This document shows, one piece after another, positions 18,114 to 27,061 of a stretch of DNA of 64,000 nt. The stretch lies in the IMG/VR virus record IMGVR_UViG_3300050821_016057, positions 1-64,000 of that record; one strand, 5' to 3'. The notes under the pieces were generated by a model that was not told the DNA's origin, did no database searches, and worked only from the letters and a program-made list of their open reading frames with translations. Source of the stretch: a virus. A program made the translations under genes and the position numbers. Each line of letters opens with the position of its first letter. Position 1 is the stretch's first letter.

Positions 18114-20000
18114 ATGGGCGAGCCGACGGCGGAGGTCAGGGTCAGGCTGGTGGTGGACGACCAGAGCGAGGGGACGCTCGAGCGGGTCAAGGAGGGGCTG
18201 CACGAGGCGGGCGGGGAGGCGCGGGTCACCAACGACCTGCTGCGCGGCATCAGTCTGAACCTCGAGCACATCGCGCACGCGCAGGCCGAGGCGTCCAGGG
18301 GCGGGGGCGACATCGCGGGCGAGGTGGCGAAGGGCAACGTCGAGTTCGCGCTCATGAAGGCGGGGGCCGAGCTGGTGGCCGAGGGGGTCAAGCAGGCGTG
18401 GGAGTTCACCGAGAAGCTGACCGACGCGTCCCTGGAGGCGGCGGAGGCGGCGGAGGCGCAGGAGAAGCACATGGCCGGCTTCCTGTTCCTGATGGACGGG
18501 GGCAAGCACTCGATGCAGGAGCTGCGCGAGTACACGGCCGACCAGCGGGAGGAGTTCGCCAAGTTCGGGATCGAGGCGGGGGTGTCGACCAAGTCGCTGG
18601 TCGACAGCTACGACAAGCTGATCGAGAAGGGGACGATGAGTTCCGAGAAGGCCAAGGACCTGGCCGAGCAGATGGCGATCGTCGGCCGGGTGGTGCCGGG
18701 CGGGGCGGAGGCGCTCGCGCAGGGGATGAGCGGGGTCGAGATGGGGATGGTGCGGGCCCGCAACCCGATCGTCCAGCTGATCGCCGCCACCCACATGCTG
18801 CAGGGCAACGCCAAGTCGGTCGCCCAGCAGATGCAGCACATGGCGCCGACCAAGCAGATGGAGCTGGCCGAGCAGGCGATCGCCCGGCAGGCCGAGTCGC
18901 TGAAGAAGATGGGCGCGCAGGTGCCGGACATGAAGCAGCTCCGGGCGTCGTTCGGGGACGTCAAGGAGGGGTTCTTGGAGTCGATGGGCAACCCGATGAT
19001 GGAGGCGCTCGTCCCCCAGCTGGTGAAGCTGCGCGACTTCCTGGCCCAGCACATGGAGCAGATCAAGGCGTTCGGCGAGAGGGTGGGGGTGGCGGCCGGC
19101 GAGGCCATCGAGTACGTGAGCAACGTCCTGCAGGGGATCTACGAGGGGCTCCGGTTCTCGTGGGACGACTTCAAGACGACGTTCCACCAGATCTTCGGGG
19201 ACTGGGAGGCGGCGTGGGCCGAGACCCGGACGGACAGCGCGCACATCAAGAGTGAGTTCGCCGACGTGGGGATCGCGCTGACCGGCGTGTTCAAGGTGAT
19301 CGCCGGGATCATCCACGAGGCGGTGGACGCGGCGCGCAGCATCGCGGACGTGCTCCACCTGCACGCGCCCGGGACGAGCGTGGCCGGGGACAAGCAGGCC
19401 CTGCTCGAGCGGACGGCCAAGAACCCGCTGTCGGACGACAAGACGTTCGAGAAGAACATGGACGCGTACGCGAAGGCGGCCATGCACGCCGGGATGAGCT
19501 TCGCCGAGGCCCAGCGGGTGATGGACCAGGCCCGGGAGGAGCGGCAGCAAATCCGGGACGTGGGCGGGGCCGAGAAGCAGGACGTGCTCAACGACGACTG
19601 GGCGAAAGTGAACGAGGCGCTCCAGTACAACATCTCCAACCACCGGGAGGGGCTGGCCGAGTACCAGGTGGAGATGATCGCGGGGAGCAAGGACGCCCAG
19701 CAGGCGCTGCTCGACGGGAAGATCAAGATCCACGAGGGGATGGACGAGTTCATCCGGATGCTGAACGAGAAGGCGCCCGAGCTGGCGGCCAAGCTGCACG
19801 ACGCCAGCAGCACGATCGCCAAGGGCGGGGGGATCAAGCCGCAGGGGGGGAACATCAACTTCGTGAACAGCCACTTCCACATCAAGCAGGACTTCCAGGA
19901 CCAGGACCCGGACCGGGTGGCGACCGTGTTCCGCAAGGAGCTGTCCCGGTCCGCCATGTCGGCGACCGTGTCCCGGCTGTCGGGCGGGTCAGGCTTCTAA
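18114..20000 (+). CDS. Tape measure protein
   Basis: 628 aa, helical Ala/Met-rich; follows chaperones. Confidence 0.8.
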   Translation: MGEPTAEVRVRLVVDDQSEGTLERVKEGLHEAGGEARVTNDLLRGISLNLEHIAHAQAEASRGGGDIAGEVAKGNVEFALMKAGAELVAEGVKQAWEFTEKLTDASLEAAEAAEAQEKHMAGFLFLMDGGKHSMQELREYTADQREEFAKFGIEAGVSTKSLVDSYDKLIEKGTMSSEKAKDLAEQMAIVGRVVPGGAEALAQGMSGVEMGMVRARNPIVQLIAATHMLQGNAKSVAQQMQHMAPTKQMELAEQAIARQAESLKKMGAQVPDMKQLRASFGDVKEGFLESMGNPMMEALVPQLVKLRDFLAQHMEQIKAFGERVGVAAGEAIEYVSNVLQGIYEGLRFSWDDFKTTFHQIFGDWEAAWAETRTDSAHIKSEFADVGIALTGVFKVIAGIIHEAVDAARSIADVLHLHAPGTSVAGDKQALLERTAKNPLSDDKTFEKNMDAYAKAAMHAGMSFAEAQRVMDQAREERQQIRDVGGAEKQDVLNDDWAKVNEALQYNISNHREGLAEYQVEMIAGSKDAQQALLDGKIKIHEGMDEFIRMLNEKAPELAAKLHDASSTIAKGGGIKPQGGNINFVNSHFHIKQDFQDQDPDRVATVFRKELSRSAMSATVSRLSGGSGF

Positions 20001-20059
20001 GGAGCTTTGGCGCGGCCCGCGGGAGCGTGTTACGGCTCAACAGGAAGGAGTTCAGACCC

Positions 20060-20296
20060 ATGTCGTCCATGCCCAGCCTCAACCCGTTCGGTGGTTCGTC
20101 GTCCAGCGACTCGTCGTCCAGCGGGTCCAGCTCGAGCAGCTCGTCCTCGAGCAGCTCCAGCTCGTCGTCCTCGAGCAGCTCCAGCTCGTCGTCCTCGAGC
20201 AGCTCCAGCTCGAGCAGCTCGTCCAGCTCCGACGACGGCAGCGCGCTCGCCATGTGGGCACATAGAATGGGAGGGGCCGGCGCTCCCCCGATGTGA
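20060..20296 (+). CDS. Small poly-serine protein
   Basis: AGGAAGGAG RBS; long Ser run using mixed TCN/AGC codons. Confidence 0.6.
   Translation: MSSMPSLNPFGGSSSSDSSSSGSSSSSSSSSSSSSSSSSSSSSSSSSSSSSSSSSSSDDGSALAMWAHRMGGAGAPPM
20126..20230 (+). repeat. Tandem repeat (24-bp unit CAGCTCGTCGTCCTCGAGCAGCTC and derivatives)
   Basis: Visible tandem copies encoding poly-Ser. Confidence 0.8.
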
Positions 20297-20305
20297 GGCC
20301 CGCCT

Positions 20306-20323
20306 CCCAAACCCGGGTTTGGG
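20306..20323. repeat. 18-bp palindrome copy 5
   Basis: Exact; extends CT..AG. Confidence 0.97.
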
Positions 20324-20349
20324 AGTTGACCCTGCACCCGAGGTGAACC

Positions 20350-21600
20350 GTGTCCTATAGTTCGACGCTGACCATTGCCGAGCTGGACAGCTCGGGCAAC
20401 GCGACCAAGCGGGTGCTGACGCTGGTCGGCCCGTCGCTCCCGTTCATGGGCGCCGAGTGGGGGGGCAAGAACGCGCTCAAGACGACCTGGTACCCGGGCA
20501 ACGCCGACGAGGCCACCCAGCAGAACATGGGCCCGCAGGAGGTGCCCAGCTCGTGGGAGGGGGACTGGCGCCGGACCATGATGGGGTCGTGCCCGACCCC
20601 GTACGTGGACGACGCGGGCAACTCGAGCCAACTGGTCGACCCGTCGATCCTCAGGGACGCGATGGAGGGGATCTTCCGGAGCGGCCGCCGGCTCCGGGTC
20701 ACGTGGACGTGCCAGCAGCAGCCCGACGGGTCGAGCCAGAACACCTACCCGATCCAGGGCTCGGTCGTCCGGGAGGGGAGGGCGGCCAGCTGGTCTTTCC
20801 CGACCCGGACCATCCACGACATCAGCTGGAAGGTGACGTTCGACTGGGTGAGCCGGGGCGCCACCACCCCGCGGGTCACCTCGACCCGGGACGACTCGCT
20901 CGACAAGGTGGCGGCCCCGTACATCGCGGCGATCGAGCAGCTGATCGGCGCGGCGAGCGCGGCCCAGGACCTCAACACCAGCCCGACCGCGTCCACGCTG
21001 GGCCAGCTGGAGGCGGTGTCGCCCAGCCCGCTCCAGACGATGAGCGACACGGCCGCGCAGACCTCCGCCCTGCAGGACGACCTGGTGAGCATCAGCGGGA
21101 TCGGCTCGTCGCTGGACCAGCAGCCCATCCAGGTCGCGCAGATGGGGCTCAACCACGCGTCCGACGCGATCGCGCAGGCGCAGGACACGTACGGCCAGCT
21201 GAGCGCGGTGCCGGGCGAGCTGATGAGCCAGAACGTGGACGCGGTATCGGTGCTGCGCGCGTACTGCCTGTTCGGCCCCGTCCAGGACGCGGCCCTGCAG
21301 GCCGAGATCCAGGGGTACGTGTTCTACCAGGCGATGCGGCAGGCCCTGCCCCAGCAGACTTGGAGCCTGTCGGGGCGCGGGAGCGCCCGGAGCAACCCCA
21401 ACCCGGCCCGGTCGATCGTGACCGTCTACCTGGTCCGGGACGGGGACACGGCCCAGCGGATCAGCATGCGGTTCTACGGGACACCCGACCACGCGGCCGA
21501 CATCTGCCGGGCCAACGGGCTGTCGTGGCACACGAGCACGTTCCCCTCGGGCAAGCAGCTGGTGATCCCGGTGATCAGCTCGTCTACCCAGACGGTGTGA
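20350..21600 (+). CDS. Tail tube initiator/baseplate protein with C-terminal LysM domain
   Basis: YLVRDGDTAQRISMRFYG...ICRANGL...GKQLVIP LysM signature; after tape measure. Confidence 0.8.
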   Translation: MSYSSTLTIAELDSSGNATKRVLTLVGPSLPFMGAEWGGKNALKTTWYPGNADEATQQNMGPQEVPSSWEGDWRRTMMGSCPTPYVDDAGNSSQLVDPSILRDAMEGIFRSGRRLRVTWTCQQQPDGSSQNTYPIQGSVVREGRAASWSFPTRTIHDISWKVTFDWVSRGATTPRVTSTRDDSLDKVAAPYIAAIEQLIGAASAAQDLNTSPTASTLGQLEAVSPSPLQTMSDTAAQTSALQDDLVSISGIGSSLDQQPIQVAQMGLNHASDAIAQAQDTYGQLSAVPGELMSQNVDAVSVLRAYCLFGPVQDAALQAEIQGYVFYQAMRQALPQQTWSLSGRGSARSNPNPARSIVTVYLVRDGDTAQRISMRFYGTPDHAADICRANGLSWHTSTFPSGKQLVIPVISSSTQTV

Positions 21601-21832
21601 GTGTCAACATCGGGTGTTCGTAGGACCAGCTCATCGCCAGGTCGACTCCCACGCACCCGGCGCGATCGGCGTTCACCAGCGCGATCACCATCGCACGCAC
21701 CGGGGACTTGTGGAGACCCGTCCAGACGGCGGGGATCGGTGACCTGGTGGACACCGTCGCCACCCAAGCGTCCCCGTCGCGACGGATGGCGGTCCGGATG
21801 GTCTCCGGGTCGGCTCTGAATCTCACGAGCAT
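21584..21832 (-). CDS. Hypothetical protein (antisense insert, gene 2)
   Basis: ATG overlaps the TGA of the frame-corrected upstream gene (TGATG). Confidence 0.5.
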   Translation of the reverse strand: MLVRFRADPETIRTAIRRDGDAWVATVSTRSPIPAVWTGLHKSPVRAMVIALVNADRAGCVGVDLAMSWSYEHPMLTLTPSG

Positions 21833-22177
21833 CAGTTCCTCAGCAGGGTGGGGGCGACCGTGTTCACCCACGCGCGCACTTGCTCGGAGACGCTCGGCTC
21901 GTTGGTCTTCCAGGCGAGGTCGCCCCCGTCCCCGAAGTCGAACGTGAACAGGGCCAGGCGGATGCCCGGGAACGCCCCGATGAGCCGGTTGGCCTCCTCC
22001 GCGCACCTGTCCTCGACGGCCTGGCGGCGCGACGGCCTGGCGTGCGTACTGGGCCCCCGGCCTGCCCCGGACGGGCACGAACACGAAGAGCGAGAACCCG
22101 CGGGGGTGGAACACCCCCTTCAGGTGGCCGGCGACCGCGCGGAGCTGCTGCTCGTCAAAACTGACCGCTTCCGTCAT
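21832..22177 (-). pseudogene. Frameshifted hypothetical gene (antisense insert, gene 1)
   Basis: GC3-rich coding switches to the +1 frame around 22014-22050; class II motif 6 nt upstream. Confidence 0.55.
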
Positions 22178-22183
22178 CCCCCC

Positions 22184-22193
22184 CTTATGCCGC
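22184..22193 (-). promoter_or_regulatory. Class II motif GCGGCATAAG, leaderless
   Basis: 6 nt before minus-strand ATG 22177. Confidence 0.65.
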
Positions 22194-22197
22194 CCCA

Positions 22198-22215
22198 CCC
22201 AAACCCGGGTTTGGG
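22198..22215. repeat. 18-bp palindrome copy 6
   Basis: Exact; between divergent class II and class I promoter motifs. Confidence 0.97.
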
Positions 22216-22219
22216 GTTC

Positions 22220-22228
22220 TGGTAGGCT
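22220..22228 (+). promoter_or_regulatory. Class I extended -10 (TGGTAGGCT), leaderless
   Basis: 7 nt before ATG 22236. Confidence 0.6.
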
Positions 22229-22235
22229 CCGGTCG

Positions 22236-23963
22236 ATGCCGCAGCCCCCGCAGTCCTACTACCCGCGAGCCAGCCTCAACCTGATCCTGCGGTTCGACGA
22301 GTTCGGGGCGTTCCACCCGCTGAAGGCGCGCGCGCCCGCGCTGTCGACCAAGAACCTGGACGGGCTGGGGGGCTCGCGCTCCCCCCTGTCCGCGCAGGTC
22401 GACCCGACCGCGCCGGCCGGCGTGACCCGGTACGTGATCGCCCAGCCGGGCTCGGCGTCGGCGGGCGGCCCGCAGGACCAGACGAGCAGCGTCGACCCCT
22501 ACACGTTCACGGTGACCGTGATCCCCAAGACGGCCTCGTGGTCGCAGGACGGGACCAAGGAGGCGACCAAGCTGGACGCGGTGCTCAAGTACGTGGACTG
22601 CCCGATCGACCCGCGGACCATCCGGTCGGCGGCGGTCGAGTTCTACCTGGGATGCGTGCCCGAGGACGACTTCGCCGGCCAGACCCAGGGGGTGTTCGGC
22701 GGCAACTCGACCGTCATCCCCACCCGGTTCACCGGCCCGTCGGGCGAGCCGCGGACCAACCTGCGGTTCCAGGGGTTCGTGAACAAGTGGGAGACCGACT
22801 GGGGGGACAGCGAGCCGACCATCCACCTGGAGTGCCAGGACAACTCGGTGCTGCTCCACCAGCAGGAGCAACCGCCCCGCCTGGCCATCAGCATGACCAA
22901 GCCGCTCGACCAGTCGGTGGCCGACTACATGGCCAACTTCGTCCAGTTCGCGGGCCTGTCGGTCGAGTACCGGCCCTCCACCGACGTCCCGCCCGTCCTG
23001 GGCCAGTCGCTGTCCGCGACCGCGTTCCGCCCCAACATCGGCCCGCCGATCAGCCGGGCGGGGGCGGGCGGGGGCGGCAAGGCGCCCAGCGTGTGGGACT
23101 ACCTGACCGAGGTGTGCGGGGCGGTCGGGCACAACATCCGGATGGACGGGACCACGCTGATCATCCAGCGGACGCGCTCGCTGGTGGTGGGCTCGGTCGG
23201 GTCGGAGGCGGCCCGGCCCGACGACCCGTTCCGGGGCCGGAACGTGGACGGGGTGCAGTTCGGCTACCGGCGCCTCATCTACGGGCGCAACATCAAGGGG
23301 CTCAAGGTGGCGCGCAACTTCACCCGCGCGACCCCGAAGAACATCGAGCTGCGCGCGTACAATTGTGAGACCAAGAAGTGTCTGGTCGCCCGGTTCCCGC
23401 AGCTGTCGGACCGGCAGGTGTACGCGCTGCCCGGCAACGTGACCGACCAGAAGTGGGAGGTGAAGCGGTGCTCGGGCATCACCGACCTGAGGGTCCTGAC
23501 CCAGATGGCGCAGGACTACTACGAGAGCCAGGGCCGGCAGGAGCTGGCGGTGGACGTGAAGACCGACAACATGGGGAGCTTCGGGGGGAGCAACCTGGAC
23601 CCGGACATCCTCGACATGAAGGTGGGGGACACGTTCGAGATCCTGGTCAACCGGGACCCGGACGACGTGAACGACCTCACCCGGATCGAGACCGCGCTGA
23701 CCGCGCAGGGGCAGAACGCGGCGCTGATGGTGCAGCTCGGGTTCAGCCAGGCGTTCGCCAACGCGTACGCGCGGGCGTACACGAACGCGGGCCTGCTCAC
23801 CCTGTTCAAGCTGAAGTCGCTCAAGATCGACTGGGGGGAGGACGGGGTCACGCTCACGGTGGGGGGGATCAACTACATCGAGGTGCGGGCGAACGTGCAG
23901 CTGCCGCCCGGGCAGGAGACCAGCGCGACCCCCCTGCAGCCGGCCGCCGGGGGTGGCGCGTGA
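22236..23963 (+). CDS. Baseplate hub (late control D-like)
   Basis: 575 aa; FQGFV...W...IHLECQD and SVWDYL motifs; precedes spike. Confidence 0.7.
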   Translation: MPQPPQSYYPRASLNLILRFDEFGAFHPLKARAPALSTKNLDGLGGSRSPLSAQVDPTAPAGVTRYVIAQPGSASAGGPQDQTSSVDPYTFTVTVIPKTASWSQDGTKEATKLDAVLKYVDCPIDPRTIRSAAVEFYLGCVPEDDFAGQTQGVFGGNSTVIPTRFTGPSGEPRTNLRFQGFVNKWETDWGDSEPTIHLECQDNSVLLHQQEQPPRLAISMTKPLDQSVADYMANFVQFAGLSVEYRPSTDVPPVLGQSLSATAFRPNIGPPISRAGAGGGGKAPSVWDYLTEVCGAVGHNIRMDGTTLIIQRTRSLVVGSVGSEAARPDDPFRGRNVDGVQFGYRRLIYGRNIKGLKVARNFTRATPKNIELRAYNCETKKCLVARFPQLSDRQVYALPGNVTDQKWEVKRCSGITDLRVLTQMAQDYYESQGRQELAVDVKTDNMGSFGGSNLDPDILDMKVGDTFEILVNRDPDDVNDLTRIETALTAQGQNAALMVQLGFSQAFANAYARAYTNAGLLTLFKLKSLKIDWGEDGVTLTVGGINYIEVRANVQLPPGQETSATPLQPAAGGGA

Positions 23964-24949
23964 GCCTGGCCGAGCACATCCGGGACCTGGCGGGCGGCCA
24001 CGAGGGGCAGTGGTGCAGCTACGGGATCGTCGAGCCGGACGCGGGAGGCAGCCACTCGGTCCGGTTCACGGACGGGGAGGGCAACCCGCACCCGCTGGGC
24101 GTGATGGTGGACGTGAAGCTCCAGCCGACCGGCGTGGTGGTGCCGTGCCGGGTGATGAGCCAGTGCGCGGGGGCGGGCGAGGGCGAGTACCACCCGTTCA
24201 TGCCGGGCGATGAGGTGATGGTGCTGGTCCCGGAGGGCGATCACCGGGCCGGCTGCGCGATCGTGGGCCGGTTCAACCAGACCCACGACGTGTTCCCGAC
24301 CAAGGTGGGCGGGATGGACGTGACCGGCAACACGTTCGGGTTCAAGCGGATGATCGCGCCGTTCATCCTGGAGACGGCGGGCGGGTACTCGATCCGGCAC
24401 GCCGTGACCGGGGCCGCGCTGACCGTCGACCAGACCGGCCAGTGGTTCGTCACCGACGGGGACGGGTCGCAGCTGGCGCTGACCCCGGACGTCGTCATGC
24501 TGATGAGCCCGGGCGGGGCGGCGGGCATGCAGGTCAACGTGGCGGACAGCACGATGATCCTGAAGGGGGACACAGCCTCGCTGGCGCTGGACGACGCCCT
24601 GGGGAGTAAGTGGCAGAGCTCGGGCATCCTGAGTTTCAGCACGTGCGGCAACCCGGGGCTCAACCACGTGACCACCCTGGAGGGGGTGACCCAGCTGCTG
24701 ACCGGGCTGTTCACCGCGCTGGCCACGATGCTGGTCGGGCAGGGGCCGCTGCCGCTCACCGGGGCCACGCTGGGCGCGCTGTTCGCGCCGGGGGCATTCA
24801 CGCTGCTCATGAACGAGGCGCTGCTGCTGGCCGGGACGCCCGCCTGCTCGTTCGCCCCCTACCTGGGCGCGATCCAGACCGCGCTGCTCATCCCCAAGGT
24901 CCCGGCCGTCAACGCCGGGGTGTGCAGCGTCGGCCTCCTGTCCGACTGA
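23960..24949 (+). CDS. Baseplate spike (gpV/Gp5 N-terminal OB fold)
   Basis: AGAGEGEYHPFMPGDEVMVLVPEGD...IVGR motif followed by beta-repeat region. Confidence 0.8.
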   Translation: MSLAEHIRDLAGGHEGQWCSYGIVEPDAGGSHSVRFTDGEGNPHPLGVMVDVKLQPTGVVVPCRVMSQCAGAGEGEYHPFMPGDEVMVLVPEGDHRAGCAIVGRFNQTHDVFPTKVGGMDVTGNTFGFKRMIAPFILETAGGYSIRHAVTGAALTVDQTGQWFVTDGDGSQLALTPDVVMLMSPGGAAGMQVNVADSTMILKGDTASLALDDALGSKWQSSGILSFSTCGNPGLNHVTTLEGVTQLLTGLFTALATMLVGQGPLPLTGATLGALFAPGAFTLLMNEALLLAGTPACSFAPYLGAIQTALLIPKVPAVNAGVCSVGLLSD

Positions 24950-24955
24950 TAGGAT
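24947..24955 (+). promoter_or_regulatory. Class I extended -10 (TGATAGGAT), leaderless
   Basis: 7 nt before ATG 24963. Confidence 0.55.
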
Positions 24956-24962
24956 CCGCGAC

Positions 24963-26072
24963 ATGGGTTACCCGCCGCCCCCAGCAGGACCGCCCCCGCC
25001 GTTCCCGTTCGAGCAGGGCGGGGACATCGGGGCCGGGCAGGCCCAGATCGCCGCCGCACCCTCCAACGCGGTGGCGGCCGCCGCAGCCGCCCAGGCGGCC
25101 GCGCTGGCGGCGGCCCAGGCGCAGCGCGCGGTCATCATGGCCCCGGCGGTGGCCGCGCAGGCGGCGGCCACGCAGGCGGCGACCAACCTGCAGGACGCGC
25201 TCACCACCGAGACCGTGATCGCGGTGGGGGCGACCCTGCCCACCGGGAGCATCGTGGTCGCGGACGCGTCCGGGTTCGCCAGCCCGGGGACGTTCCTGGT
25301 GGGCGGGCAGTGGGTGCGGTTCACGGGGGTGTCGGGCAACACGCTGACCGGGTGCACGGGCGGGACCGGGGCGGTCAACCCGGGCGACCCGGTCCAGACG
25401 GCCGGCAACCCGTCCAACATCGCTTCCGCCCAGCAGGCGCTGGGCGTGGCGAGCGCGAACGCCACCCAGGCGAACATCACTGCCGCGCAGGCGGTGGCGG
25501 CGGCCGAGGAGGAGGCGCTGGCCGCGCTGGCGGCGGTCGCGAGCGCGCTCGCGCTGGCCGAGGCCGCCAAGCAGAAGCTGGCCGCCATCACGGGCACCAC
25601 CCCGGCGAGCGCGCTGACCGCGGGGCTGAAGGCCGAGATCGCCGCGCTCGAGGCGCAGGCCGAGGGGGCGGTCGGGTTCATCGAGACGCTCTGCGCGATC
25701 TTCGAGGCCGGGCTGACGCTCAGCCTGGGGGGTAACCCGCTCGACTTCGGGGCCACCCTGACCGCGTCGCTCAGCGCGGACGCGAGCGCGGGCGTCACCG
25801 CCACGTGCTGCGGGTTCACGCTCGACATCGAGGTCGGGTTCGTCATCAACTTCCAGCTGCCCGCCTTCGCGCTCAACCTGGAGCTGCTGCTGCCCTACAT
25901 CGGGTTCACGATCTCGTGCGACCCCGGCAAGCCGGTCAACATCTCGGCCGGGCTCCCCTACGGGGGCGGGCGGGTCAGCAATTCCGAGCCCGACCCGGAT
26001 CTTTCAGAGAACGATTACGCCTGGTGCGAGATGGGCCCGGGCGAGCGGTGGAACCGAAACCTGGCCTTCTAG
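24963..26072 (+). CDS. Baseplate-region virion protein (Ala-rich coils, shared beta module, C-terminal AWCEMGPGERWN tag)
   Basis: 369 aa between spike and wedge genes. Confidence 0.65.
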   Translation: MGYPPPPAGPPPPFPFEQGGDIGAGQAQIAAAPSNAVAAAAAAQAAALAAAQAQRAVIMAPAVAAQAAATQAATNLQDALTTETVIAVGATLPTGSIVVADASGFASPGTFLVGGQWVRFTGVSGNTLTGCTGGTGAVNPGDPVQTAGNPSNIASAQQALGVASANATQANITAAQAVAAAEEEALAALAAVASALALAEAAKQKLAAITGTTPASALTAGLKAEIAALEAQAEGAVGFIETLCAIFEAGLTLSLGGNPLDFGATLTASLSADASAGVTATCCGFTLDIEVGFVINFQLPAFALNLELLLPYIGFTISCDPGKPVNISAGLPYGGGRVSNSEPDPDLSENDYAWCEMGPGERWNRNLAF

Positions 26073-26078
26073 GATTCA

Positions 26079-26096
26079 CCCAAACCCGGGTTTGGG
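26079..26096. repeat. 18-bp palindrome copy 7
   Basis: Exact; 6 nt after stop. Confidence 0.97.
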
Positions 26097-26111
26097 TCCC
26101 CACCCCTCCCC

Positions 26112-26120
26112 TGTTAGGCT
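26112..26120 (+). promoter_or_regulatory. Class I extended -10 (TGTTAGGCT), leaderless
   Basis: 6 nt before ATG 26127. Confidence 0.6.
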
Positions 26121-26126
26121 CCACCC

Positions 26127-27026
26127 ATGAGCGGATCCGGATGGGGCGGCGCGGGCTACGGGTCGGGCGGGTGGGGCGGGCCGGCCACCACCCCGCTGTC
26201 GCTGCTCTCGGCGGTGGCGGTCGGGGAGAACGTGGTGCAGCTGACGTTCAGCGGCCCCGTCTACTTCAGCGGGCTCCTGGACGCGCCGGACGGCAGCTCC
26301 CGGAAGCGGTACCAGATCACCCCGGTCGCGGGCAGCACCGGGATGGACGGGACGGCGGCCAAGCCGATCGGGGTGGCGGCCGCGGCGGTCGCGATGGTGC
26401 CCGGGCTGCTGGTCGGGCAGGTCGTCAACCTGACGACCGACCGGCCCATGACCCCCAACCCGGCCCGGTACTCGATCGAGTGCAACGGGCTGTTCGCCGC
26501 CGACCGCGTCACCCCGCTGTCCGCGTCGGCCAACACCGCCCCGTTCACGAGCGTGTTCAAGGTGCTGCAGCCCCCCCAGCAGGAGACGCTGAGCCCGCGG
26601 GGTGACATCGCGATGCCGCAGTCGCTGGAGGCGATCCAGACGGGCGGGGTGGAGCCGTCCGGGGTCTCGCTGGGCAGCTTCGTGGTGGCGAACGGCGACT
26701 ACGCGACCCAGGGCGGGCTGGTCGAGTACAAGGAGCGCTGCTACCGGCGCATCTACACCAAGCGGGACGGGTTCCTGCACCTGGCGGGCAAGAAGTACGG
26801 GGCGGGCCTGCTCGGCTACGGCAAGGCGCTGGGGACGGCGGCCAAGCGGGCCGAGCTGCAGGGGCACATCGAGCAGCAGGTCGGGATGGAGCCGGAGACG
26901 GCCGCCGTGTCGTGCAAGACCGTGCCGAAGCCCGGCAACCCGGGCGAGATGTACATGGTCCTGCTGGCCCGGACCAAGTTCGGGACCCCGCTGAAGATCG
27001 CCGCCCCTTTCAACACCAGCACGTAG
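26127..27026 (+). CDS. Baseplate wedge protein with gp25/GPW-like C-terminal domain
   Basis: RRIYTKRDGFLHL..KYGAGL resembles the gp25 T..GE...P.YG motif; precedes baseplate J. Confidence 0.7.
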   Translation: MSGSGWGGAGYGSGGWGGPATTPLSLLSAVAVGENVVQLTFSGPVYFSGLLDAPDGSSRKRYQITPVAGSTGMDGTAAKPIGVAAAAVAMVPGLLVGQVVNLTTDRPMTPNPARYSIECNGLFAADRVTPLSASANTAPFTSVFKVLQPPQQETLSPRGDIAMPQSLEAIQTGGVEPSGVSLGSFVVANGDYATQGGLVEYKERCYRRIYTKRDGFLHLAGKKYGAGLLGYGKALGTAAKRAELQGHIEQQVGMEPETAAVSCKTVPKPGNPGEMYMVLLARTKFGTPLKIAAPFNTST

Positions 27027-27046
27027 CGGACAGGCCGGGGGGCCGC

Positions 27047-27055
27047 TGATAGGCT
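27047..27055 (+). promoter_or_regulatory. Class I extended -10 (TGATAGGCT), leaderless
   Basis: 6 nt before ATG 27062. Confidence 0.6.
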
Positions 27056-27061
27056 CCGCGC

